Positions 11,251-20,508 of a stretch of DNA of 60,614 bases are shown in pieces. A program made the translations under genes and the position numbers. Under the pieces are notes generated by a model. That model saw only the letters and a program-made list of their open reading frames with translations, was not told where the DNA came from and made no database searches. The number at the start of each line of letters is the position of its first letter. Position 1 is the stretch's first letter. The DNA is taken from contig JBEPVF010000009.1 in the NCBI GenBank assembly GCA_041691135.1, positions 1 through 60,614 of the forward strand. The letters are read 5' to 3'. The DNA is from Candidatus Peribacteria bacterium (lineage in GTDB: Bacteria > Patescibacteriota > Gracilibacteria > Peribacterales > Peribacteraceae).

Positions 11251-11492
11251 TGGCAAACCAGCAAAAGCAACAGCAACGGCGCGCCGATCCCCGTGGCAAG
11301 AAATGTCCCTTCTGCGACAAGAATGCTCGCTACCTCGATTACAAAGATTACCCGACGCTCAAGCCGTACACCGATTACTTCGGTAACATTCGCAACCGTT
11401 ACTACACGGGCGTGTGTCTGAAGCATCAGAAAATGCTGCGCCTCGGCATCGAACGCGCACGCTTTATGGCGATGCTGGCGTACAGAAAATAA
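11250..11492 (+). CDS. rpsR: 30S ribosomal protein S18 (Zn-binding type)
   Basis: CPFC, DYKD, TGVCLKHQ, IERARFMA; TAATG coupling with rpsF. Confidence 0.95.
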   Translation: MANQQKQQQRRADPRGKKCPFCDKNARYLDYKDYPTLKPYTDYFGNIRNRYYTGVCLKHQKMLRLGIERARFMAMLAYRK

Positions 11493-11520
11493 GAAGACTC
11501 AGAGGATGCGAGGTCGTTGT

Positions 11521-11862
11521 TTAGGCTGCAATGCGGCTCGGTGGATTTGCCTGAGTGTTCGGCACAGCTTCCGTTGTTCTACGCTCATCTGGTGCAGTGG
11601 GTCGGACTTCCGTTCCTTCGTATCGAACGGGGATATAAATTTCTAAATACTTGTCGTCTACGTTGGTTTCCGGGGGCAGTTTTTTTGAGTTATGAAGCCT
11701 AGCTGCTCGTTTGCGTGTCTCGACAATGTGATCATGGATAATTGTGCGATCACTTGAATCGACATTCTCAATTGTGCCTCCGTTTTGCAGAATAGTTGCT
11801 GCTCGCTCCAATGCCTCTTGGTAGCCTGGCTGTGGATAGTTTTGTTCGGGAATATTTGTCAT
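11521..11862 (-). CDS. Hypothetical protein (113 aa ORFan)
   Basis: Lower-GC ORF with upstream TTGACA-N16-TACAAT. Confidence 0.55.
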   Translation of the reverse strand: MTNIPEQNYPQPGYQEALERAATILQNGGTIENVDSSDRTIIHDHIVETRKRAARLHNSKKLPPETNVDDKYLEIYIPVRYEGTEVRPTAPDERRTTEAVPNTQANPPSRIAA

Positions 11863-11942
11863 ACGGTTTAATAATTGGTTAATTTATATTGTACATTAAT
11901 TTTAAATTATGTCAATATACTGCTTCAAATGATAGAAATGCG

Positions 11943-12263
11943 CTATCCAGCATAATGTAGGAGTCTGTTATGGAATGTCATTGATATGTAGCTCTCCGGG
12001 TGTGACTCCTGATATTCCAGCCCAGGGATTGTCGGCCTGGCTTTATGGTTGCCGTGTTTCTCCGTTCTCCACTCAGCAAGCATTAATGTCATTTCCTCGT
12101 CTACCCGTTCATTTGTAATCAGGTAAGGATCTATCTCTTCCAGTCTAGTTCGCAGAGCGTCTACCGCGTGTCGTACGTGAGACGTTAATACAGGTTGTGC
12201 ACGTCGCTTGTTACAGAGAGCTTGTTCTGCAATTTTTGATAAATGATATTCACTATGTCTCAT
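11943..12263 (-). CDS. Hypothetical protein (106 aa ORFan)
   Basis: TATTCT 7 nt upstream of ATG. Confidence 0.5.
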   Translation of the reverse strand: MRHSEYHLSKIAEQALCNKRRAQPVLTSHVRHAVDALRTRLEEIDPYLITNERVDEEMTLMLAEWRTEKHGNHKARPTIPGLEYQESHPESYISMTFHNRLLHYAG

Positions 12264-12391
12264 AGAAGAGAGAATAAAACGGCCGCCATACTCTCACTTG
12301 TTTTGGGCAAGTCAATTAACTGATGTTCTTAGTGGTAAAATTCGGTTCTATAAGCTTTTTGCACCCAAAATTTCTCCGCTATACTTTTTGC

Positions 12392-13135
12392 ATGTCTGGC
12401 CATTCCAAATGGGCAAATATTCGGGTGAAGAAAACGGCGCAAGATGCCAAGCGTGGCAAAGTGTTCACGCGGCATGCACGATTGATCGAAATCGCGGCGA
12501 GTGCCGGCAAGAGCGGTGATCCGTCGATCAATGCGTCGCTGCGGTCGGCAATCGACAACGCCAAAGCCGATTCGGTGCCGAATGCCAACATCGAGCGGGC
12601 GATCAAGAAAGGCCTCGGCGAGCTGAAAGGCGAACAGATGCAGGAGATGCTGTACGAGGCGTATGGGCCGGGCAGCACGGCGTACATCATCGAGTGCCTG
12701 TCGGATAACCGGAACCGCACCACGGCCAACGTGCGTACTATTGTGACGAAGCATGGCGGGCGCATGGCGGATAGCGGATCAGTTGCCTATCAATTCGAAC
12801 GCAAAGGAACGGTGGCCGCCGAATTCCCCGGTGGTAGAGACGCGATACCATGGCGTCTGCCGGACGACGTTGAATTGGCACTGATCGACCGCGGAGCCGA
12901 AGATATTGTCGCCGGCGACGGCATCGTTACCGTAACCACCGCGATGATCGATTGGTCGCGCATCCGAGATTTTTTAAAGGACAGTGGGGCCACTATTCAT
13001 GCCGCTGGCGTATCGTTCGTCGCGAAAGCGAAAATGCCCGTCGACGATGTTATGGCGCAGAAGGTCGTCAATTTTATGGAGAGCATCGAAGAAGACGAAG
13101 ATGTGAGCGAGGTGTATACGAATGCGGATGTTTGA
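12392..13135 (+). CDS. yebC: YebC/PmpR family protein
   Basis: MSGHSKWANI, YEAYGPG, DNRNRT, EDVSEVYTN. Confidence 0.95.
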   Translation: MSGHSKWANIRVKKTAQDAKRGKVFTRHARLIEIAASAGKSGDPSINASLRSAIDNAKADSVPNANIERAIKKGLGELKGEQMQEMLYEAYGPGSTAYIIECLSDNRNRTTANVRTIVTKHGGRMADSGSVAYQFERKGTVAAEFPGGRDAIPWRLPDDVELALIDRGAEDIVAGDGIVTVTTAMIDWSRIRDFLKDSGATIHAAGVSFVAKAKMPVDDVMAQKVVNFMESIEEDEDVSEVYTNADV

Positions 13136-13160
13136 AGGGATCGAGGATTACAGTAACCAG

Positions 13161-13503
13161 TAGAGCGCCATGCTTTGGCGCGATTGTGTTCTATGCCTTC
13201 ATCATTCCTTGTCTTAATTTTTTCTAGGGGAGCGGGTTTGCTACCCGCGGATGTTCATGATTCCCTAGTACCAACTTCTCCAGTCACCAGTGGTGTCCTT
13301 TCTTTTTTCTACCGCAAAAAAGAAAGTACCAAAGAAAAACCCACCGCCTATGACCCACCTCACTTCAGGGAAGCGCTTGCGGCTTGCTTCCCTGAAGTTC
13401 GTAACCACCTATCCCCACCACATAGGCGGAGGGGTGTTTGCTTGGAAGAGCGAACAGGCGAAGAGGTTTGGCGGCCTCTAGCCGCCTGGGACTAGCGAAG
13501 GGG
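13161..13503 (+). ncRNA. Candidate structured RNA / dispersed repeat, copy A (~340 nt)
   Basis: Collinear with 46311-46651; several conserved hairpins with compensatory changes; TACAGT 6 nt upstream. Confidence 0.65.
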
Positions 13504-13575
13504 GTCCTCGGTTTCCTCGGAGTCCTCAATTATCGATCTTCTCCTGAATCCTCATCATCGGTCACCTCTGTGCCC

Positions 13576-16500
13576 TCACTCCACCGTCACATTCACTCTC
13601 GCCTCGCCCGTATTCCCCGCAAAATCTGTGGCGACGGCGCGCAGGACGTGCGGGCCGGGTGAGACATTTTTGAGCGGATAGGCGAGCTGGTAGGGTGCAA
13701 CCGAATTGCGGGCAAGGAGAATGCTATCCAAATAAAATTCGACGTACCGCAGGCCGCCGTCATCCGTTGCGTCGGCTTGCATGTTCAAGGTACTGCCGGC
13801 GCGGACGGAAACGTCGTCGGATGGAATCAGGAATTGTACTTGGGGCTTGCCGGTGTCTTCGCCGAACGAGAACGTCGCTGTCTGACTCACTTGGTTGTAG
13901 TACGTGTCGGTGAGCGTCACCTTCAGTTGATGCATGCCGTCTTTGGAGACGGATCGCGGCAGCCGCAGCACGGGATCGTACGGAGACGTTGTGGCCGTCA
14001 GCAGTTCTTTTCCGTCGAGCATGTATTGCACTGACAACACGCCGGAGCCGACTTTGTACTGGATCTTCGGATTCATGGCCGGGTAACTGGCGATGCCGCC
14101 GTCGGTGGGCGACAGAAGTTGCAATGTCGGTTGCACCAGGCGGCCGGGGGTTTTGGAAATATCACACTTCTCGGTGGGGGCCACCGGAAGCGCCGAACCG
14201 GTACCGCTTACGCCTCCGGCCCAGCCTTGTACGCCTTGTTCCCACGTAGGCCATCGTTCGGCTAGGATGCTATGTGGCACCAAGAAGCTGCGCATTTCCT
14301 GTGCTTCCGCCGGACAGCTGTCGGAAGCGAGGAGACCGGTTACCTTGTCGACCAGTATAGATGCGCAGGCCGGATCGGGTTTGGTCGGGGCGAATTCCTT
14401 CAAGAAAATTTCCGGACGGCGCTGGTCGATGGGTGTGCACTCAGTCGGGAGTTCTCCAGACAACAACGAGATCTGCGGTTGGACGATACCGTCGGGCATC
14501 GCGAAGGTCTTCTCTTTGGGCTGAAGAACTTTGAGTGATTGGGTCATGAATTCTTTCCAGATCGGTGCAGCCACATTCAGGCCGTCGGCATTGTTTGGCA
14601 GAGGCGAACTGTCGGCATTACCGACCCACACGGCGGTGACGAGGGTTGGTGTGTAGCCGATGGTCCACAGATCACGTGGCTTGCGTGTTTTGCAGTCGCC
14701 GATCGTGACATCGTTCCATACGATGCATGCATCGCTGGTGCCGGTTTTCGCGGCGGCCTGGTAGCCGGGGACAGTGAGGGCACTGGCCCAGAAGTCGGTG
14801 GGTCTGGCGCTCACATCACTCAGAATAGAAGTGACTTCGTAGGCAACGCGCGGGTCGAGCACTTCTTTTCCCGTGGCGTTCACGTCAGCCTGGTAGCGGA
14901 TGGACTGATTGCGATCGGCGATCTTCAGAATGCTCACCGGATCTTTTTCCACGCCGCCGTCGGCGAGCGTGCTGTACGCATTGACCATTTGATACAGCGG
15001 TGTTTCGCCGGCACCGATGGCCAGCGTGTAGCCGAAATCTTTTACCTTGCCGGCTTTCTTTTGATCATACGGGGCATGCGCACCCAAGTCGGCCACGAAC
15101 TGCAGTACGCTGTCTTCGTTGCTGCCGCCGGCCAAAAAGAAGGCTTTGATGGCCGGAATATTGCGCGAACCGGCCAGAGCGCGACGCGCGTTGGTCAGCC
15201 CCCAATAGCCGCCTTCGAAGTTCTGCGGCGTGTTGTTGCCGAACTTCGTCTTCACATCATAGAGCACGGTGGCCGGACCGTAGCCTTTGGTAAAAGCATC
15301 GGCGTAGATCAGCGGCTTAAACGACGAACCCGGCTGACGCGGCACCTGCACCATGTCGATCTTGCCGCCGTTCTCTTGATCGCCGTAGTCGGAGTTGCCG
15401 ACGTACGCGAGGATTTCCTTGGTGCGCGGATCCATCGCCATGATGGCGATGTTGTGAGCGCCATAGTTTTTCAGAATGCTGTCGCGTTTGTCGGCGACGA
15501 TCTTCTCGGCGATCTGTTGCAGGCGCCAGTCGAGCGATGTCTGAATCGTCAGGCCGCCCTGTTCGAGCAGTCCTTTATTCTGTGCCGCGTCGAACAATGT
15601 ATTCAGCTGATTTTTCATCCACAGCGTGAAGTGCGGTGCGCGAATGCTCTCGCGCTCGGGCTTGAATTGCAGTTGCGCCAATTGATCGAGCGCCTTCAGA
15701 CGATCGTCATTGGAGATCATTCCCTGGTCCTGCATATTCTTTAATACTTGATCGGCACGTCCGCCGATGTAGATGACCGTCGCGCCGGTGCCAAAACTAT
15801 TTCCAAGCAGTCCGGATGTAATGCGGTTGTCCGGGATTTGCGATCGCTCGGTGATGCGCCCGTCGGCAATTTTTTTGAGGATATCGTCGGTGAGCTGTGT
15901 GCGGACGTGCGTGCCGTACGGGTTGTAGTACGGTGGGCGCTGCGGAATAGATGACAAAATTGCCGATTCGCCGAGAGTCAGGTCTTTGGCTGATTTGCCG
16001 AAGTAGTTCTTGCTGGCCTGCTCCACACCGTAAATGTTGGGTCCGAACGGCACCCAGTTCAGATACAGCGCTAGAATATCGTCTTTGGAATAATTCCGTT
16101 CGATCTCGCAGGCGATCATGATCTCACGAATTTTGCGTGACACCGTACGTTCGTTCGTGAGGAGCGCGTTCCGGGCGAGTTGTTGTTCCAGGGTGGAAGC
16201 GCCCTGCGCTTGGCCACCAAAGATGGTGCGGAAGCCGGCACGGAGAATACCGCGCGGATCCACGCAGCCGTGCTGGTAGAACCGTTCGTCTTCGATGGCG
16301 ACGATGGCTTGCTTGAGAGTTTTGGCGATGCTGGTGGCCGGAATGACGGTACGGTCTTCGTTGGCGAACAGACGATAGAGCTCCACGCCATTGCGGTCGG
16401 TGAGGACCGTACTCTGGTCGGGCAGGAAGTTGCGCGGGTCTTTGATGTTCGGCAACGTGAGCCACAGGAAAGACAAGTACAACACTCCGAGTCCGGCTGC

Positions 16501-16725
16501 GCCTACCACCACACGCAGGAGAAATCGTTTCCAGCCGAGTCTCCTTTTTTGTCCGCGTACCCAATCGATACACCGGCGAATAATGTCACGCAATCGTGCA
16601 AGTATGCCGTGAGTCGATGGTCGACGGGACGGGCTTCGGTTGCCGGTGGGCCGAATGCGTTGGGGCATCTTCTGCGAGCCGGCGAGTGAGCGCTTGTGAA
16701 ATCCGTTGGTTTCCAACATGGGCAT
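13576..16725 (-). CDS. Class A penicillin-binding protein (PBP1A-like) with C-terminal Ig-like domains
   Basis: EDERF, GASTLEQQL, RKIRE (transglycosylase); SSFK, SRN, KTGT (transpeptidase); start uncertain. Confidence 0.93.
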   Translation of the reverse strand: MPMLETNGFHKRSLAGSQKMPQRIRPTGNRSPSRRPSTHGILARLRDIIRRCIDWVRGQKRRLGWKRFLLRVVVGAAGLGVLYLSFLWLTLPNIKDPRNFLPDQSTVLTDRNGVELYRLFANEDRTVIPATSIAKTLKQAIVAIEDERFYQHGCVDPRGILRAGFRTIFGGQAQGASTLEQQLARNALLTNERTVSRKIREIMIACEIERNYSKDDILALYLNWVPFGPNIYGVEQASKNYFGKSAKDLTLGESAILSSIPQRPPYYNPYGTHVRTQLTDDILKKIADGRITERSQIPDNRITSGLLGNSFGTGATVIYIGGRADQVLKNMQDQGMISNDDRLKALDQLAQLQFKPERESIRAPHFTLWMKNQLNTLFDAAQNKGLLEQGGLTIQTSLDWRLQQIAEKIVADKRDSILKNYGAHNIAIMAMDPRTKEILAYVGNSDYGDQENGGKIDMVQVPRQPGSSFKPLIYADAFTKGYGPATVLYDVKTKFGNNTPQNFEGGYWGLTNARRALAGSRNIPAIKAFFLAGGSNEDSVLQFVADLGAHAPYDQKKAGKVKDFGYTLAIGAGETPLYQMVNAYSTLADGGVEKDPVSILKIADRNQSIRYQADVNATGKEVLDPRVAYEVTSILSDVSARPTDFWASALTVPGYQAAAKTGTSDACIVWNDVTIGDCKTRKPRDLWTIGYTPTLVTAVWVGNADSSPLPNNADGLNVAAPIWKEFMTQSLKVLQPKEKTFAMPDGIVQPQISLLSGELPTECTPIDQRRPEIFLKEFAPTKPDPACASILVDKVTGLLASDSCPAEAQEMRSFLVPHSILAERWPTWEQGVQGWAGGVSGTGSALPVAPTEKCDISKTPGRLVQPTLQLLSPTDGGIASYPAMNPKIQYKVGSGVLSVQYMLDGKELLTATTSPYDPVLRLPRSVSKDGMHQLKVTLTDTYYNQVSQTATFSFGEDTGKPQVQFLIPSDDVSVRAGSTLNMQADATDDGGLRYVEFYLDSILLARNSVAPYQLAYPLKNVSPGPHVLRAVATDFAGNTGEARVNVTVE

Positions 16726-16915
16726 GAATACTACAGGAGTCTGGTGATACAGGGGAAGAAAGAGAGATAAAGTACGGAGGCACAGGTGACAGAAGTGACC
16801 AAGGTGATCGCAGAGGTATATTCTCTCATATTCTGATGTTTTGCCCCTTCCCATCAATCCCACAGCTTTCCGGAGTGCTATGGAAAAAAAGCCCATTTTT
16901 TGCTATACTAGGGAG

Positions 16916-17257
16916 ATGACGGTACGCCGGTTCTCGCAGGCTGTCTCGTTGGCGCTTGGCCTATCCATTTCGACTGTTGCCTCCGCTCAGCGCACTATTA
17001 CGCTGGGACTCGGCGTGCAGAGCTCAGTGGGACAGTTTATCGGTTATTTGATCAATTTCCTGGCCGTTATATCCGTGCCCGTTTGTACCGCTCTCTTCAT
17101 GTTGGGCGCCTTCATGTTCGTGCTGTCGACCGGCAAGGAAGACCGGGTGAAGCGCGGCCGCGATCTGATGGTTGGTTCCGTCGAAGGCCTTGCCGTCATT
17201 CTGGGATCGTATGCAATTCTGAGGATGTTCTTGTACGTGTTGTATGTGAAGATTTGA
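16916..17257 (+). CDS. CPR T4SS/VirB2-like pilin
   Basis: Signal peptide plus two TM helices with GAFMFVLSTGKEDRVKRGR...GLAVILGSY pattern. Confidence 0.75.
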   Translation: MTVRRFSQAVSLALGLSISTVASAQRTITLGLGVQSSVGQFIGYLINFLAVISVPVCTALFMLGAFMFVLSTGKEDRVKRGRDLMVGSVEGLAVILGSYAILRMFLYVLYVKI

Positions 17258-17426
17258 GCATACCGAGGTGATAAAGGTGACCGGTGTGACCGAAGATAGA
17301 GATTGTAAGGATAATCCTCACTTTTGTATTCTTCTGCTTCCTCTGTTTTCGCCGACTATAAGCCCTTTCTGATAAACTGCATGACTTGGTAGCGTCCCCG
17401 CTTTCCCTTCAGTACACTCCCATTCC

Positions 17427-18056
17427 ATGAGCACTGACGACCTGTCTTCCGATGTTCTCGAACGGCTCGAGCTTGCCGAACAGCTCAAGCTGGGTGGCAG
17501 TCACGATGAGGCGCTCGTGATTCTTGAAGATATTCTTTTGGAGGATCCGGAGAACGTGTCGGCATTGGAGGAGATTGCCGACAATGAACTGAGCCTCGGC
17601 CGCTACGACCGGGCCGAAACGGCGGCGGCGCAATCGGTGCGACTCGATGATCAGAGTTATACGGGGTACTACATCCTTGGATTTTTACGGTCGCGTACCG
17701 AGCAGTGGGCCGAAGCAGTCCGGCATCTGCGCCGGGCGAATGTGCTCAAGCCGAACAATGCCGAAATTCTCCGCTGTCTGGGATGGGCGCTCTTCAATGC
17801 CGGGCAACGCGCGCAGGGAATCGTCACCCTCGAGCGGGCTCTTAATTTGGATACGGAATCATCGCTCACGTTGTGTGACCTGGGTGTTTCCTATTTGCAG
17901 ATGCAGAACTTCACCAAGGCGAAGTCTTTGTTCGAACGGGCGATTGATTTGGACCCGCAAAATCCACGTGCACGCGAGTGTCTGCAGATGGCAGAGCGAC
18001 TGATGCGCTTGGCGGAACAGGGGCAGGAAGTGGTAGAGAGGCAGGCGATTGTATGA
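17427..18056 (+). CDS. Tetratricopeptide repeat protein
   Basis: Several ~34-aa TPR units (LG...A...L..P.N). Confidence 0.88.
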   Translation: MSTDDLSSDVLERLELAEQLKLGGSHDEALVILEDILLEDPENVSALEEIADNELSLGRYDRAETAAAQSVRLDDQSYTGYYILGFLRSRTEQWAEAVRHLRRANVLKPNNAEILRCLGWALFNAGQRAQGIVTLERALNLDTESSLTLCDLGVSYLQMQNFTKAKSLFERAIDLDPQNPRARECLQMAERLMRLAEQGQEVVERQAIV

Positions 18057-18058
18057 GG

Positions 18059-18463
18059 TTATAATAGATGGCTCCTGGCTCGTGTGATCGCTAGCCATTC
18101 TTTGAATTCTTGGGAAGCAGTTGATTCTTCATTTGCCATCTCATCTGCCATCGTTGGCCAATCTACGCCGTATGTTTCTTGAAGCCATGTGTAGGCAGCC
18201 TCTTGCTCAATACTGATCTGGTACGCTCGTGAGATTTCTTTTGCGCTGATTTGATGCTCATATCTTGTCCAAAGATCGATAGCTGCACGTACATACAACC
18301 GCAAGCGCAGGAATTCAATGGTTGTTAAATCTTCGACGCCAAATTTATTTCTCAGTTGATCTGCGGCAAATGTTACAAGAGTCCCAACGGTAAAGTTTTC
18401 TGTGCCATCAAATGTTCTTTTAAACAGAGTAAGGTCGCCGGTTGGTTCTTGTTCTAGAGACAT
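18059..18463 (-). CDS. Hypothetical protein (ORFan)
   Basis: Lower-GC helical ORF; start after a pyrimidine tract. Confidence 0.55.
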   Translation of the reverse strand: MSLEQEPTGDLTLFKRTFDGTENFTVGTLVTFAADQLRNKFGVEDLTTIEFLRLRLYVRAAIDLWTRYEHQISAKEISRAYQISIEQEAAYTWLQETYGVDWPTMADEMANEESTASQEFKEWLAITRARSHLL

Positions 18464-18537
18464 AGAAAGAAATGGATGGTAATGATACTTTCCTGAAAGT
18501 AAAGAAAACATGCCTCATGAGCCTTTAATTTGTTTTT

Positions 18538-19515
18538 TTATATTCCTGTCACGATGAGTTTTTTGCTTCGCAATTGCGGAGCCAAGCCGAGCCATGCACC
18601 CAAGCAAGCAGTGACGGGAACCAACAGGAACTCCGCTCCAATGATAAGTGGCAACACGTCGGTGATAAGTGGTTGCAACTGCTGACCGAGTGCGACGATG
18701 GTTGCCCCTTGGGTCAGAGTCGGATCAACCATCGGCAGTAAATATACCGGCAGTACGTAGAGCAGGATGGCCAGAAGCAGCGCGGTGAAGAAGAGCGAAA
18801 TAAAAAGGAGCAGTGTGGATTCCACGATGAACGGCAGAAGAATCGCTAGGTCCTGCGCACCGAAGAGCCGTTCAATAAACACTTCCTCACTCCGCATCAG
18901 CGCGCGTCGGCGCACCAGTTCCATCACGACGAACAGAAGCACGATGGCGATGAGACCCAGGAAGAATAAAGCAATGAACCGCATGGCTTGCGTCAGACTG
19001 ATCAGTTCATGGATTCTGGTTTCCTGATCGGTCGATTTGGAGAGGAACCCAGGATCGACAACCGATCGCCATTCACTGCCCCGCACGAACTGGGCGAAGC
19101 GATCGTAGTCATCGAGGCTCTGCAGCGTGACGGCAAGTGTGTCCGGGAAGGGATTTTTGAGATTGAATTTCTCGAGGAAGCTCACCAGATCCGGATCCTG
19201 TGCGCGTTCGATGTCGTACGCCTTCTCTTTAGTCACGTACTGCACGTCTGCCACGTACGGCAGTGCTTTTATGGCGCTGAAGAATGCGAGTGTTTCTTTT
19301 TCGACAGCGCCGTCCAGAATCTCCAGTCGCAAGTCCGTCTCCGATCGTACCAAGCGTTCCATCGCTTGCGCCGCAAGTGCGCTGGTCAACAGCAGCTGTG
19401 CGATCAGCAAAATGCCGGTGAGCGATGCGAGCGTTGTTCCCCATCCGCGCTCGCGCCACAACGTGATGAATCCACGTTTGATACCGCGGCGGAGCAGGAG
19501 AAGAAATGTTGACAC
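18538..19515 (-). CDS. ftsX: FtsX-like cell-division permease
   Basis: TM, YVTKEKA, NPFPDTL, RSEEV..ERLFGA...LPF; GTG start 7 nt after TATACT. Confidence 0.8.
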   Translation of the reverse strand: MSTFLLLLRRGIKRGFITLWRERGWGTTLASLTGILLIAQLLLTSALAAQAMERLVRSETDLRLEILDGAVEKETLAFFSAIKALPYVADVQYVTKEKAYDIERAQDPDLVSFLEKFNLKNPFPDTLAVTLQSLDDYDRFAQFVRGSEWRSVVDPGFLSKSTDQETRIHELISLTQAMRFIALFFLGLIAIVLLFVVMELVRRRALMRSEEVFIERLFGAQDLAILLPFIVESTLLLFISLFFTALLLAILLYVLPVYLLPMVDPTLTQGATIVALGQQLQPLITDVLPLIIGAEFLLVPVTACLGAWLGLAPQLRSKKLIVTGI

Positions 19516-19604
19516 GGTGCGTAGTATAGAACACTCGGCATGCACAAGACGACTGTTGCTCGTTGACTCAGGCAGAGTAAAAACTCACTTTAGTAGAGTC
19601 GTAG

Positions 19605-19658
19605 GATTTTTGGCGCTGCCGCTTTCTCCGCGGGTGGTGGAATTTAGGTGATTCATCG
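19605..19658 (+). repeat. Solo copy of the ~50-nt arm of the 38574-38733 inverted repeat
   Basis: GATTTTTGGCGCTGCCGCTTTCTCCGC...GAATTT...GATTCATCG matches the reverse complement of 38681-38733. Confidence 0.65.
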
Positions 19659-19854
19659 TGAGCATTTGCCATACTCGCAGAGCGCCGTCTCTCGGCGCGA
19701 CGCTGAGGTGTTTGCCTGCACCAACCTTCCCAGTCACCATGGGGAGGGTCCTCGGTTTCTTCGGTTCCGTCGGTTGCCTTTCGTCGGGCCGGGTGGGGGA
19801 ATTATTTCCAAATTAACACAGGACCAAGCTCTCAAGTTTGCTATGCTCACATGT

Positions 19855-20490
19855 ATGCCACGCTCTCAGTCCTATCACGCTATCGTTCTTCGCACGCATG
19901 ATGTGGGGGAGGCGGACAGGTATTGTTTTTTGCTGACACGGGAACGGGGACGACTGTCGGTACGTGCATCGGGAGTGCGCAAGCCCACCAGTCGCATGGG
20001 CGGATCGCTGTTGCCGCTGCGGTGCATCACGGTGCAATTGCGCGAGTGGTCCAACGGCTTCATTGCCGAAAGTGCGGAGCTGAGTGCGCGCGATGCGTTC
20101 CGTACGTCGGTTGAATGGTTCTCGCAGGCGATGCAGGGTATCGAAGTGTTGCTGGCACTGACGCAAGACGATGAACCGTTGCCTGAGGTCTTCGATGCGA
20201 CGGTGCAATTTCTGGAACAGTGCGGTGATCCCTCAGTGCCCATTGCGTTTGCGTACACGTTGCAGCTGCTCGATCTGCTCGGTTTTTTGCCCGACACCGC
20301 CGAAGTGACATCTGCTTTTTCGTTATCTCACGATCAAGCCGTATTCCTCGAAGCTGCCCGTTGCGGCTACGTCGCGGCGGATACGATGCCGTCGTCGCTG
20401 GGGCGACTGCAGGCAGCATGTCAGACATTTTTAGCGGATCAGTTGAGTGGACCGTTGCGGGCGGCGGCGGTCGCAGCTGAGCTGCGGTGA
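19855..20490 (+). CDS. recO: DNA repair protein RecO
   Basis: AIVLR..DVGEADR...LTRERG...A.GVRKP.S; LL.LLGF.P. Confidence 0.9.
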   Translation: MPRSQSYHAIVLRTHDVGEADRYCFLLTRERGRLSVRASGVRKPTSRMGGSLLPLRCITVQLREWSNGFIAESAELSARDAFRTSVEWFSQAMQGIEVLLALTQDDEPLPEVFDATVQFLEQCGDPSVPIAFAYTLQLLDLLGFLPDTAEVTSAFSLSHDQAVFLEAARCGYVAADTMPSSLGRLQAACQTFLADQLSGPLRAAAVAAELR

Positions 20491-20508
20491 CCGATGCTCG
20501 GTCACCTT

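Noticed and set aside
13175-13495. 106-aa ORF in copy A and 107/75-aa ORFs in copy B as a conserved protein
   Set aside because: The frame shifts between copies, the partial copy at 1-62 has an in-frame TGA, and substitutions preserve base pairing rather than amino acids.
14539-15744. Long antisense ORFs (also 26980-27900, 28379-29212, 29470-30576)
   Set aside because: They lie opposite well-supported genes and have no recognisable motifs; expected with GC-rich codon bias.
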